The notes beneath the pieces were generated by a model. The model did no database searches. It was not told the DNA's origin and saw only the letters and a program-made list of their open reading frames with translations. Of a stretch of DNA of 64,000 bases, positions 20,868 through 30,719 are shown piece by piece. The position numbers and the translations under genes are program-made. Each line of letters begins with the position of its first letter. Positions within the stretch are counted from its first letter, which is position 1. Origin of the DNA: a virus; the IMG/VR virus record IMGVR_UViG_3300045988_168418; one strand, written 5' to 3'.

Positions 20868-21368
20868 CTATAATAATCTTTCAACAGGATCATAATAATA
20901 ATCTTTTAACAGATTAGAAAATTTTTTAATGTTATTAGTAGCAAGAGCATCAGCAAGTTCATTTTTAATATTATTGCTATGACCTATACATTTACGGACT
21001 TGACAATTAAAAAAATCTATGTTAATATAATTATATAATTCCTTTATTAAATCAATATTTTCAATTTCTTTCTTTTTACTATTTTTCCAACCGTTCCTTG
21101 CCCATGTATGAATCCAATCGTTGCATATGTTTACACAATACGCGGAATCAGAATAAATAATACAAATTTTATTTTTATATTTGGTTTGGGATAATTTAAA
21201 AGCTGTTAAAATAGCTTTTAGTTCTTCTCTGTTGTTAGTTGTAATATTAGAATTTTGTTTTTTAATTACTTGAATAATTTTATTTTCATTAAAACAAATT
21301 ACTCCAAATCCGCCAGGACCTGGATTCTTTTTACAGCTTCCATCAGTATAAATTTCAATTTTTTCCAT
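20868..21368 (-). CDS. rnhA: ribonuclease HI
   Basis: YTDGSCKKNPGPGGFGVI...TNNREEL...YSDSAY...GHSNNIKNELADALA follows the RNase HI catalytic framework. Confidence 0.8.
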   Translation of the reverse strand: MEKIEIYTDGSCKKNPGPGGFGVICFNENKIIQVIKKQNSNITTNNREELKAILTAFKLSQTKYKNKICIIYSDSAYCVNICNDWIHTWARNGWKNSKKKEIENIDLIKELYNYINIDFFNCQVRKCIGHSNNIKNELADALATNNIKKFSNLLKDYYYDPVERLL

Positions 21369-21371
21369 TTT

Positions 21372-21917
21372 TTACTCCTTTTGTTTATTACACCTTTCAT
21401 AGAGTTGAAGAGATCTTTCTTTTCTTAGACAATCATTAGAATTTTCAAAAGCCATAGTAGCTAACATTAAGTCAACAAAAGAAAGAGTATCTGGGTGCAT
21501 AACAATATTTTCTTTTCTTTTCATCCACCATGAATATTCATTATTATAACTAAAATTCTCTTTCATATAGGCTTTTCCAGCACCAATATAATCGCAAACT
21601 AATTCTAATGCGTATTTATATGGCATTTTAATTGGTTTACCTCCGCAATCCGCATTATCAATCCAATATTCATAATGATGCAGATTTCTGCCTTTATGGT
21701 GCAACCATGCTTTTGAATATCCGTTTTCTTTTTTACATTTATTTATTGGACTATCTGTTCCAGTATAATATTTAACTGATTCAAAAAATTCTGTAGGAGA
21801 AAATTTTGACATATCATGCTTAATTCCTTGCCAAAACAATCCAGCTTTTTGACAATTTAAAAATACATAACATTTATGAGTTAATATAGTTTTAAAATGT
21901 GACATCATTTTATTCAT
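21372..21917 (-). CDS. hypothetical protein, His-rich (possible metal-dependent hydrolase)
   Basis: 181 aa with clustered His: KHDMSKF, LHHKGRNLHHYEYW. Confidence 0.25.
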   Translation of the reverse strand: MNKMMSHFKTILTHKCYVFLNCQKAGLFWQGIKHDMSKFSPTEFFESVKYYTGTDSPINKCKKENGYSKAWLHHKGRNLHHYEYWIDNADCGGKPIKMPYKYALELVCDYIGAGKAYMKENFSYNNEYSWWMKRKENIVMHPDTLSFVDLMLATMAFENSNDCLRKERSLQLYERCNKQKE

Positions 21918-22059
21918 TATTATTTTCCTCTCCTTGAGCTATATTGTTTATTATTATAATAATATTATAATATATTTTTTGAAGAAACTCAAGTGCTTTA
22001 ACAAAAAAAGAGCAAAAAAATAAAGATAAGCTAATGCTTATCTTTATTTTAAAAATTTT

Positions 22060-23565
22060 TTAAAGTTTTTTAGTGTAGCTTAAATAAATCCAACCTGCTC
22101 CACTTAATAGTTTACCCCATTTTCCGCTTGTCTCAACAATAGTGTAGATGCCCTTATCAGTAATATGACCAACTATTGGATAAGATGTTCCCGCACCTTT
22201 TCGAATTTTTAGATTACTTGTTGTAACTTGGACTTTATATCGTTTATTCGCAGAAGTTGTAGAGGTTGTGTCACCTACTATACAGTTTGTATTTTTTAAA
22301 TAAATCCAACCTGCTCCACTTAATAGTTTACCCCATTTTCCGCTTGTCTCAACAACAGTATAAGTACCTTTTTTAATTTCTCCTAATTCCTTACGATTTT
22401 TTCCTTTTGAGTCAAAGTACTTCATAGTTCCTGTGATTTGAACAGCAAAAGGTGCTTTTGGATAAGTAGAGTTAGATGTAGTGTGTTTTGGCGTTGAAGA
22501 TGAAGTAGTAGATTTTTTTAATTTTTTTGTAACTTTTTCCGCGAGTTCTCCCATTCTTGAATACATCCAATCTCCTGGACAACTCTTATTAGCAAACCAG
22601 CGGTGAACGGTTAAAAGCATCTCATTTGAAGCAGGAGTGTAATTTAATGCTTTTTCCTTGTTACTAATCCATAATAGTTTATTTTTACCATTTCTCCTAC
22701 AAATATCAACACATAACTCTACTAGCTTATTGTAAACTGTGCTATTAAAAGTATATGGTTGACTGCTATCACAAGCACATTCAATAGTTACTGCTCTTTG
22801 GTCATTTGCATTACTAGAACTACACCATGAGCGATTTTTTTCCTCTACAATTAAAGCTACCCCGCCTTCAGTACCGATTCCATAATTACATGAAGCTTGT
22901 ACACCAGGGTTAGTGAAACATCCTGCGATTCCGCTTGCGGATAATTGACCAACAACGCAGTGAGGAGTAATTCTATCAATAGTATGAGTTCTTGCTCCTG
23001 AATGATTAGGACTTAATTTAGTATAAGTTACTAAAGAACTATTTGTATATCCCATATTAATGTCTCCTTTTATATCGTATTTAGTTAAATTCCATTTCTC
23101 AATAAGATTACATATTTTTTGTACATAAGAATTATCAGTAGCATATCCACCATTTTTAATAATTTGTATCGCGGTTTTGTAGTTTTGTTCTTCCACAAGT
23201 CCGGGGTACCGTAGTTTAGAACCATTTTTAGCTTGAGACAGATATAAAGAATGATCTTCTACACTTTTGTCTATGGATGGATATTTTCTAAAGTCCGCAG
23301 TGATTGTTGTTATTATTCCAGGCTTGTATTCTTCTTTTGTCCTTTTAGTGTATTTAGATTTACCATCCCAAGCACTTTTCCAAGTATTGCCAGATAATGT
23401 AGTTTTCATTCCAAATAAATTATTTGCGTTTATTGCTAAGTCAGTTGTTCCATAGCCAGATTCTAAGCAAGCTTGTGCAATAGTGATAGAAGCTAAGATT
23501 CCACTCTGTTGATAATCTAGAGTAGCTTTTGAGCCAATATACTCAATAAATTCTTTTTCTGTCAT
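22060..23565 (-). CDS. endolysin: N-acetylglucosaminidase + Amidase_2/PGRP-like amidase + 2x SH3b cell-wall-binding repeats
   Basis: N-terminal LESGYGTTDLAINANNLFGMK (glucosaminidase). Middle NYGIGTEGGVALIV...NDQRAVTIECA. Two C-terminal repeats GKWGKLLSGAGWIYL. Confidence 0.7.
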   Translation of the reverse strand: MTEKEFIEYIGSKATLDYQQSGILASITIAQACLESGYGTTDLAINANNLFGMKTTLSGNTWKSAWDGKSKYTKRTKEEYKPGIITTITADFRKYPSIDKSVEDHSLYLSQAKNGSKLRYPGLVEEQNYKTAIQIIKNGGYATDNSYVQKICNLIEKWNLTKYDIKGDINMGYTNSSLVTYTKLSPNHSGARTHTIDRITPHCVVGQLSASGIAGCFTNPGVQASCNYGIGTEGGVALIVEEKNRSWCSSSNANDQRAVTIECACDSSQPYTFNSTVYNKLVELCVDICRRNGKNKLLWISNKEKALNYTPASNEMLLTVHRWFANKSCPGDWMYSRMGELAEKVTKKLKKSTTSSSTPKHTTSNSTYPKAPFAVQITGTMKYFDSKGKNRKELGEIKKGTYTVVETSGKWGKLLSGAGWIYLKNTNCIVGDTTSTTSANKRYKVQVTTSNLKIRKGAGTSYPIVGHITDKGIYTIVETSGKWGKLLSGAGWIYLSYTKKL

Positions 23566-23591
23566 ATCTCTTTATCTCTCCTTTATAATTA

Positions 23592-23626
23592 AAAAGAAAG
23601 CTCTCATATGAGAGAGCTTTCTTTTT
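23592..23626. terminator. bidirectional rho-independent terminator
   Basis: AAAGAAAGCTCTCATATGAGAGAGCTTTCTTTTT. Confidence 0.55.
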
Positions 23627-23636
23627 AATTTATTTA

Positions 23637-24893
23637 TTACATTAACTGAGCTAATTGAGCTATTCTGCTACGATGAATATTTTTTAAAGTGACTTCACCA
23701 TAAATAGGTTCTCCTTTAAAAATCTCTGATACTCTTCTCATTCCATTATTATTTCCTGCATATAAAGAAGAATCGACTTGAGTTTCGCTGTCTCCATCTA
23801 AAATACAGATTGAATCTTCTCCAATTCTTTGTAATGCAAGTCTCATTAGTTCTATATCCATATTCTGTGCTTCAGAAATATAAATACCCGCTTTCATATT
23901 AGTAGTGTCATAACCTCTAATATCTGACATTGGAAGCAAAACAATTTTTCCTTCCTCTATCATTTTTTCAGCGGCAATTTTGTCTCCCAATTTACTAGAT
24001 AGTAGATTTCCTATTTGAGAGTCCAGAAGCTTTTCATCCTTACTTCCAGGATAAAAACCAAGCTTTGCCGAACCCGCAGTTGCCACTGTGTTACAGAAAA
24101 TAATAATCTTTTCAATTTCATGTTTTTCTAGTTTATCAAAGAGGAAACCAAAAGATAGGTAGCTTTTACCAGTTCCCGCGGAACCTCTTATCATGGTAAT
24201 TTTGTTGCTGTTCAAACTATCCATAGCCAACTGTTGATATGCGTCTTTTGGCTTTATTTTTCCGAACATATTGCTATTGAAAGTTGTAAAAGGAACTTCT
24301 ATAAATCTATCCTGAGCTCTTTTATATTTGCTAATAATTTCATCTTTATTTTTGAGAATAAGATACTGGTTAATTAAAAACTCATTTAAAAACTCTGAAG
24401 AATTATAAATTTTATTATAGGCATCTGCTAGTTCTTCATCTGAATTACAGCAAATTTCTCTAAATCCGCAGTAGTCATTTTGCTTTTGGTCTAAGTATTC
24501 TACTTGTAAGCCAACCGATTTTGCGAGTTGTTTACAGCATAAATCTTCAGTAACAAAAATTAAATTTTTGTCTTTTTGCTTTAATGCGGTTAAGATAATT
24601 CTACTATCATTGTTGTCAGATAAAACTAAATATTTTTTTAATTCAGAATCCCATTTAGTTTTATAATTGATAACACAATAACTATTATCATATTTGTTTA
24701 AAAGTTGAATCAATCTTCTAGCTCTAAATTTGATTTCAGAATCTTTAGATGCAGATATTTTTATGTTTTCTAATTCTTTAAGAGTAATATTGCTAATATA
24801 AAAATAGTTATTAAACGCATGATGTAATTCATTTAATAACGCACAAGTATCATAAAAATACATATTATTCTCCTTCTTCATCATCTTCTTCAT
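23637..24893 (-). CDS. PIN-domain + PhoH-like ATPase (YlaK-like)
   Basis: N-terminal PIN region YFYDTCALLNEL; Walker A RGSAGTGKSY. Confidence 0.65.
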   Translation of the reverse strand: MKKMMKKENNMYFYDTCALLNELHHAFNNYFYISNITLKELENIKISASKDSEIKFRARRLIQLLNKYDNSYCVINYKTKWDSELKKYLVLSDNNDSRIILTALKQKDKNLIFVTEDLCCKQLAKSVGLQVEYLDQKQNDYCGFREICCNSDEELADAYNKIYNSSEFLNEFLINQYLILKNKDEIISKYKRAQDRFIEVPFTTFNSNMFGKIKPKDAYQQLAMDSLNSNKITMIRGSAGTGKSYLSFGFLFDKLEKHEIEKIIIFCNTVATAGSAKLGFYPGSKDEKLLDSQIGNLLSSKLGDKIAAEKMIEEGKIVLLPMSDIRGYDTTNMKAGIYISEAQNMDIELMRLALQRIGEDSICILDGDSETQVDSSLYAGNNNGMRRVSEIFKGEPIYGEVTLKNIHRSRIAQLAQLM

Positions 24894-25168
24894 TTAAGAT
24901 ATTCGGTATTTGAAAACCAATTACAGAATCATTCTTTTGATCTGATGATTGTATATTTTGTTGCAACTGATAAGTCCAATAAGTAATAATTGTACATAGG
25001 TATTGATTAAACTGACTTATTAGTGTAATGATTTCATTTATAACTGGGAGTAAAAATGAAATAAAGAGAACTCCTTTTAAAAATTTTTTCATAAGTTGTT
25101 TTTCCTTTTTGATAATACTTTTATTGTCCTAAATAATATTAAAATTTTAATAAAGAAATTGATATTTT

Positions 25169-25609
25169 CTACCCATTTTTCTTTTTCTTTTTAATTTTAT
25201 CTACTTTTTTTAGAAGATCTTCTCTTTCATTAATGATATTGGATAAATTATTTTCTAAAAGGTTAATTGCAACTAAGATACTTTTTCTTTTGCTTTCAAG
25301 AATATAAATTTGTTTTCTCATAGCTTTAGCTTCATAAGATTTTTCATTAAAAGCTTTTGACTGAGAAATATTAGAATAGCAATCTTTCAAAGCTTTTATT
25401 TTATTTTTTGTATCTTTAAGTATTTGCTTTTGACATCTGATTCTAGCTTTTATTAAGGCACATTCGCACCCAAAATAACGAGAAGCTTCTTTTTTATCTT
25501 CTTCTTTTAACTGAGATTGACCATAAAACTTTCCATATTTAGTGGTTATAATGACAGTTGAAAGTCCTATGTCTTTATTGTAATTAGAATATATAAGCTT
25601 TTCCTTCAT
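25169..25609 (-). CDS. hypothetical coiled-coil protein
   Basis: Start set at MKEKLIY (AAGGAG RBS). The longer track ORF reads through the promoter motif. Confidence 0.35.
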   Translation of the reverse strand: MKEKLIYSNYNKDIGLSTVIITTKYGKFYGQSQLKEEDKKEASRYFGCECALIKARIRCQKQILKDTKNKIKALKDCYSNISQSKAFNEKSYEAKAMRKQIYILESKRKSILVAINLLENNLSNIINEREDLLKKVDKIKKKKKNG

Positions 25610-25678
25610 ATTATTTCTCCTTAAAAATATTATTTTTATTATTATAACATAAAATATTAAAAAAAGCAAGTTGATTAT

Positions 25679-25945
25679 TCAACTTGCTTTTTTATCAGCT
25701 TTTTTAAAACTAACGGCTGATTTAAAAAATGAACTTATAACTCCTATAGTTCCACAAAATAAAGGTATCATTGCAGGTGAAATATTAATTCCTAACAAAG
25801 CTAATCCTTGACAAAATACTGCCCCAAAAGTAATCTTAATTAACCAGCCTACAAAAAATGCAAGTCCAAAATTGATTAAAGGGGAAAAAATTACTAATAA
25901 AATTGCTAAACTTATGACACCCAAAAAGCCAAATACATCTTCCAT
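25679..25945 (-). CDS. small membrane protein (2-3 TM; holin-like, speculative)
   Basis: 88 aa, hydrophobic stretches, Lys-rich C-terminus. Confidence 0.3.
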   Translation of the reverse strand: MEDVFGFLGVISLAILLVIFSPLINFGLAFFVGWLIKITFGAVFCQGLALLGINISPAMIPLFCGTIGVISSFFKSAVSFKKADKKAS

Positions 25946-25946
25946 A

Positions 25947-26483
25947 TTATTCTCCTTTCTTCATCTTAATTTCTTTAACAATAGTTTCTAATAATACAGG
26001 GGTACAATCATGTGAGTCTACGCCTACATGGTACATATATGACTTATCTTCAAAAAAATTATCTTTTTGGTGAGTATGTCCGTATAAATTGATTACTCTA
26101 AGATCATCTCCATTCGCGGTTATCGTTGGATAATGGGTTAAGATAAACATATGTTTTTTATATTTTAATCTGTATCCCATTTGAATATCTTCAAAAAAGC
26201 GATTAGTTTTAAATGCTTTTAAGCGGGCTTCGGTATCATGGTTTCCATAAGCCAGATATTTCTTACCTTTGAGTCTGTTGATTAGTCTTAAATTAGCCTG
26301 AAGATCAGAGCCCATCGCCACGTCTCCTAAAAGATAAACAATATCATCATCAGACACAGTATCATTCCAATTTTTAACAATAGCTTCATTCATTTCATTT
26401 ACATTAGAAAAACCACGCTTTTTCCAGATAAAATCTTTATTATGATTAAAATGTAAATCACTTGTAATAAAAATATTAGACAT
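25947..26483 (-). CDS. calcineurin-like metallophosphoesterase
   Basis: SDLHFNH ... LLGDVAMG ... GNHD ... GHTH. Confidence 0.6.
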   Translation of the reverse strand: MSNIFITSDLHFNHNKDFIWKKRGFSNVNEMNEAIVKNWNDTVSDDDIVYLLGDVAMGSDLQANLRLINRLKGKKYLAYGNHDTEARLKAFKTNRFFEDIQMGYRLKYKKHMFILTHYPTITANGDDLRVINLYGHTHQKDNFFEDKSYMYHVGVDSHDCTPVLLETIVKEIKMKKGE

Positions 26484-26492
26484 TTTCTTCTC

Positions 26493-26984
26493 CTATTCTG
26501 CTTTAACTTTAAGATGAAGTTTTCCATTTGCATCAACAATGTAAATTTTTTCAATTCCTTCTTCAAAAGAAGGTTTTTCTAAATTAAAATACATATTTTT
26601 AATTACTTCTGGCGGAACATAAGAACGAGTACCTTTTCTATTTTCATTTCTTTTTAGACACTCTTCAAGAGATGTTTTCATCCAGATTACATTTATATGC
26701 GGATTTCCGCAAATATTTCTTAAAAGTTTATTTCTTGAAGCTCTATTCAAATGAGTAGCATCTGCAAAGACATTTTTTTCTTCTAATAAATACTGATTGA
26801 TTTGATATATAAAGAGCTTAAATACTTCTTTTTCTTTTGAGAAGTATTCTTCGCCTTCTTTAACTAACGAAAATCTAATATCGTCTCTTGAAACATACTT
26901 ATCAAAATATGGATTGATATGATTCTTTACCCAGGTACTTTTTCCTGAACCTGGACATCCTGACAAAATATATAAGTTAGCCAT
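26493..26984 (-). CDS. polynucleotide 5'-kinase-like P-loop kinase (T4 Pnk kinase-domain-like)
   Basis: N-terminus ILSGCPGSGKSTWVKNHI...SRDDIRF close to T4 Pnk IGCPGSGKSTWAREFI...NRDDYR. Confidence 0.55.
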   Translation of the reverse strand: MANLYILSGCPGSGKSTWVKNHINPYFDKYVSRDDIRFSLVKEGEEYFSKEKEVFKLFIYQINQYLLEEKNVFADATHLNRASRNKLLRNICGNPHINVIWMKTSLEECLKRNENRKGTRSYVPPEVIKNMYFNLEKPSFEEGIEKIYIVDANGKLHLKVKAE

Positions 26985-27000
26985 AATATACCTCCTTTAG

Positions 27001-27357
27001 TTAGATTCTATGACCACAATTATAATCTCTTTTAGAGTTCCAACATTTACCGCTCTTGTTATATTTGCAATCTTGTTTAGTACAGCTTGTTAAATCAGCT
27101 ATTGGAAATTTTTTTCCATTTACAAATCTACCAAGTTCAAATTCCTCAAGAAAATCTTCATATCTATAAGATCCAAAAGGTTTAATCTCAGCATGATTTG
27201 TTTGTTTTCCACAATATAAGCAGAATAAATTTTTTAAATGTCCAGCTTCTCTCTGTTGCCCTACACGCCTAGCGATAGGAATACCCCTTTTTCCACACTC
27301 TACACAATAAAAGTCACTTTTTGTAATTTTTTTATTTCTTGACATAATTATTACCAA
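27001..27357 (-). CDS. zinc-finger protein, unknown function
   Basis: CVECGK...CLYCGK...C..C clusters. Confidence 0.3.
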   Translation of the reverse strand: MVIIMSRNKKITKSDFYCVECGKRGIPIARRVGQQREAGHLKNLFCLYCGKQTNHAEIKPFGSYRYEDFLEEFELGRFVNGKKFPIADLTSCTKQDCKYNKSGKCWNSKRDYNCGHRI

Positions 27358-27458
27358 CTCTCTTTCTTTTTATATATTTATTATATCATATTTTTATAAA
27401 AATATAAAGATAGATCTTTTATTTAATCTATCTTTATATTGTTTTATATTGATAAAGT

Positions 27459-27686
27459 TTATTTAAACGTAAACCTTGTCAAAAATACTTTAAAATCCGT
27501 GGCAGTTGGAGGGAAAAAGACTTCTATTCCAGAAAACACATCAATAGACATCATTCCCATGATAGATTTTCCATCAATTACGTATCTTCCTTTGTGAACA
27601 TCCACTTCGCCATCAACTTTCATAGCTTCATTAACAAATTCTCTAATTTCATCAATGTCAATTAACTTAATTTTTACGCTTTCCAT
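27459..27686 (-). CDS. hypothetical protein
   Basis: 75-aa ORF with promoter motif and RBS. Confidence 0.3.
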   Translation of the reverse strand: MESVKIKLIDIDEIREFVNEAMKVDGEVDVHKGRYVIDGKSIMGMMSIDVFSGIEVFFPPTATDFKVFLTRFTFK

Positions 27687-27742
27687 ATTATTCCCTTCCT
27701 TTTTATCTATTTATCTTATTATTTTAAAGTTTTACCACAGTA

Positions 27743-27777
27743 TTTCCTATACTTTATAAAATTATAAAGTATAGGAA
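27743..27777 (-). terminator. rho-independent terminator after the RNA-ligase gene
   Basis: TTTCCTATACTTTATAA-AAT-TATAAAGTATAGGAA. Confidence 0.5.
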
Positions 27778-27801
27778 TAATAAAAGTTTTATTTAATGCT
27801 C

Positions 27802-29046
27802 TTAAGAGTGATAGCGAAGCAAAAACTCATTGCTTACAGCTTTAAAGCTATTAGCTCCGTCGTAAGAACGAAATACAAGACCTTCTCTCATTCCGCCATC
27901 AATAGCAGATTTCCCAGTTGCAATTTTCAACAGCTCATCTACAGTATCTGGTAAAATAAAATGCTCACTTACAATAGGAACACAAGGAACATTGTATTTC
28001 TCTAATATATCAGTCATTTCTCTTGGATTGAATCTTTTTGTAAGACCTCCCTTAAAACCAATAATAAGATTAAAAGCCATAAAGTCATGGTTATCCATAT
28101 CATAGTCCCTCTTTTGAATATCCTTACCATAAGTCTCTCCCTGCACAGTTACAAAGGAGATGGTCTTATATTTTTCATTGAAATCTTCAAATAATTTTTC
28201 AAGTACTTCTTCCATATTGTATCTTTTGGACATGGCAAGATATACGTTAGTATCATAATAGCAAGCCTTGCTTGGATCATCAAAAGATACGTTACGAGAG
28301 CAGACACGATAATCTTTTTTCCAGGCTTCCTTTTTCAAGGTAAAAGTGGTAGAAGTTCCATCAATTTTTTCTGTTGCAAATAATTCATCTTTGTTAGCAA
28401 GAATCCAAGGCATATTCTGAATTCTTTCCTCATCAGTCTTTTTAACCCAAGCTGGGAATCCGCCTTTCTTATCCTTAGCTTTTCCAAAGATGAAAAACAT
28501 TACTTTTTTACCCCAGTCTCTGTTCATCATCCAGCGTGCCCAAGATTTAGAAAAGAGTTTTGGATTACGTTGAACCATTTTTTTATACTTATCTGCGGAA
28601 GCTGCTTTTCTCTTATTGTCGTCTGCATCAGAGTATTTTACGCCTAACTCAGTTGTTAAGAAATATCCCTGTGGATAAGAAACTCCTTTTTCTGGATTAA
28701 AGATGCAACAAACCCCTTCTTCATTCACGTAAGTATCCCAATTAAAATCTTTTGGATGCATAAGTAAACCTTGAGATACAAAGTTACCTTTTCCGCCAAA
28801 AGTATACTTCTGGGTTTTTACCTTATAATGTTTTTTCTCTAAGAAAGCAAAAACTTCAGTTTCTGGAACTTTAGAATCAATCTCAAAATAAATTGCGAGA
28901 TCGCCAGGTTTAAAAGTATTTTTTCTGGTCATAATACGCCATCCACCTACGACCGCGGCTTCACAATTATCAGAACCTGTAATTGGCTCAATTTTATCAA
29001 TAGCTACAACATAGCAAAGTTCTCTTTGTCCATTTTTATTTAACAT
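27802..29046 (-). CDS. nucleotidyltransferase-superfamily ligase, probable RNA ligase (Rnl-like)
   Basis: Motif I EKIDGTS (KxDG, Rnl2-like EKIHGTN); motif IV/V-like EGLVFRSYDG...FKAV. Confidence 0.5.
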   Translation of the reverse strand: MLNKNGQRELCYVVAIDKIEPITGSDNCEAAVVGGWRIMTRKNTFKPGDLAIYFEIDSKVPETEVFAFLEKKHYKVKTQKYTFGGKGNFVSQGLLMHPKDFNWDTYVNEEGVCCIFNPEKGVSYPQGYFLTTELGVKYSDADDNKRKAASADKYKKMVQRNPKLFSKSWARWMMNRDWGKKVMFFIFGKAKDKKGGFPAWVKKTDEERIQNMPWILANKDELFATEKIDGTSTTFTLKKEAWKKDYRVCSRNVSFDDPSKACYYDTNVYLAMSKRYNMEEVLEKLFEDFNEKYKTISFVTVQGETYGKDIQKRDYDMDNHDFMAFNLIIGFKGGLTKRFNPREMTDILEKYNVPCVPIVSEHFILPDTVDELLKIATGKSAIDGGMREGLVFRSYDGANSFKAVSNEFLLRYHS

Positions 29047-29074
29047 ATACTACTTCTCCTTTATTTTATTTTAT

Positions 29075-29362
29075 TTAGTCTGAGAGAAAAATTTCCAGAA
29101 CAAGAAAAAGTAATCCTACTACGATTTTTTCTCTTGTTGAAAAATCGGTTAATAAAGACATAATGAAAATCATAGTTAAAAAATAAATAAAACAGAAAAA
29201 TCCATCTGCGATTACGTCCTTAGACTCCTCCTTAGACTCCTTTTCTTTTGTTTCTTTAAATGTTTCTTTTTTATTTTTAGTTTTAACTCTTTTAGGTTTC
29301 TGATTAGGTGTATTTGTTTTAGTTTCAATACAGACTTTATTATTTCTTGTGTATGTTTTCAT
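29075..29362 (-). CDS. small membrane protein with basic N-terminus
   Basis: TM helix FFCFIYFLTMIFIMSLL; K/E-rich N-terminus. Confidence 0.3.
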   Translation of the reverse strand: MKTYTRNNKVCIETKTNTPNQKPKRVKTKNKKETFKETKEKESKEESKDVIADGFFCFIYFLTMIFIMSLLTDFSTREKIVVGLLFLVLEIFLSD

Positions 29363-29383
29363 TATTTTTCCCTCTTTTCTTTT

Positions 29384-29428
29384 CTTTTGATATAATAATT
29401 ATATCATATTTTTTTAAAAAAATAAAGC
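29384..29428 (-). promoter_or_regulatory. conserved phage promoter/5'UTR motif (minus strand TTTATT-N17-TGATATAAT + leader TATTATATCAAAAGAAAAG + RBS)
   Basis: One of more than 40 near-identical copies upstream of minus-strand genes. Confidence 0.5.
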
Positions 29429-29449
29429 AAGTTTTCTTAACTTGCTTTA

Positions 29450-30253
29450 TTAGTATTTAATCGCAATAGAATCATTGGAATTTTCAATATATTCGTTTAA
29501 TTGAACAAAAGCATCATTAAAAAGCATCAATCTTTTCTTTCCGTCTGTTCTAGGATAATCTCTAAATTGATGATAATGTCCCCATAAATAAGCTTTATAA
29601 TCTAATTTATACTCTATTTCTCCCAAATACCGCTCCATAGATTTATCTACAGTAGCCTGATCTACGACAGATAAAAATAAATCTGTTGGTTCAAAGATAA
29701 TTGGACAAGTATGTGACAGCACTAAATCGCACTGCCAGTGTTTTTTATCTAACAGTTTCCTACCATCTTCTTTTTCTTCTTCTGATAATTGCTCATTTTC
29801 AAACCAAGACCATCCAGAAGATAAGCGTTTATACTTATCTACTGAATATGCTCCTGGTAAAATAAGAGTCTTGTATACAACATTACCCGCCTCTATCTGA
29901 TAAAAAGATACATTATCCATAGCATACTTTATATGCGGATAATTATTTTCTACCCAGACATCATTCTCCCAGAATTGTTCCTTATGCCATTCATTTGGAG
30001 CTTTTTCCGCACATAAGCTAGGTCTTTCTTCGTGATTTCCGCGAATAATAAAGTATGTAAAAGGATATTTTTCTAATTTTTCTTTTAAATTTTTATCTCT
30101 GTGATTAAAAAAGAAATTTAACCCTGCATCTCCAAGAACTATAATTGCATCTGTTTCTCTTGAAAAGGTATATTTTTCTTTATTTCTTAGTTCAAAATCG
30201 CGGATTGGTTTAAAAGATCCGTGTATATCTCCACATACCCAAACTCTTTTCAT
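29450..30253 (-). CDS. calcineurin-like metallophosphoesterase
   Basis: VWVCGDIHGS ... LGDAG ... RGNHE ... GHYH. Confidence 0.6.
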   Translation of the reverse strand: MKRVWVCGDIHGSFKPIRDFELRNKEKYTFSRETDAIIVLGDAGLNFFFNHRDKNLKEKLEKYPFTYFIIRGNHEERPSLCAEKAPNEWHKEQFWENDVWVENNYPHIKYAMDNVSFYQIEAGNVVYKTLILPGAYSVDKYKRLSSGWSWFENEQLSEEEKEDGRKLLDKKHWQCDLVLSHTCPIIFEPTDLFLSVVDQATVDKSMERYLGEIEYKLDYKAYLWGHYHQFRDYPRTDGKKRLMLFNDAFVQLNEYIENSNDSIAIKY

Positions 30254-30486
30254 TTGGCATCCTCCTCTTCTTTTTCTTTATTTTCTAAGAAAAAATGTTC
30301 TAAATTTCTCTTAATATCTTCGTATTTTCCTAATTCATTAATAATCTCTTCAAAAGGGCAATTTTTACAGACTGAACCTTCGCCTGGATATTTACCATAA
30401 ATTTCATACAGCCAATCTTCTGCTGGACATCCGCCTGCGATTCTACATTCAAAGTTATCCTTTTCTCTAGTAAAGTATTTAGTCAT
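30250..30486 (-). CDS. hypothetical Cys-containing small protein
   Basis: 78 aa; CRIAGGC...CKNC. Confidence 0.3.
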   Translation of the reverse strand: MTKYFTREKDNFECRIAGGCPAEDWLYEIYGKYPGEGSVCKNCPFEEIINELGKYEDIKRNLEHFFLENKEKEEEDAK

Positions 30487-30646
30487 TTATTTTCCTTCTT
30501 TCTTCTTTTTATTATATATAAATTATATCATTTTTTTTAAAAAAAATCAATTTTTTAAATTTTGGAATTAGAAAAAGCTAAGACCCTTTTTAAATCAAGA
30601 ATCGGCTGCCTACGCCCCAGTGGAGTAAGGATTTTTTAACAAAAAA

Positions 30647-30680
30647 AAAGAGAGATGATTTTTAAATCATCTCTCTTTTT
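30647..30680. terminator. bidirectional terminator downstream of the MVP-like gene
   Basis: AAAAAAAAG-AGAGAGATGATTT-TTAA-ATCATCTCTCT-TTTT. Confidence 0.55.
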
Positions 30681-30719
30681 AAGATTATATTCCTCTTTTT
30701 AAGACTATAGTAATATAAA

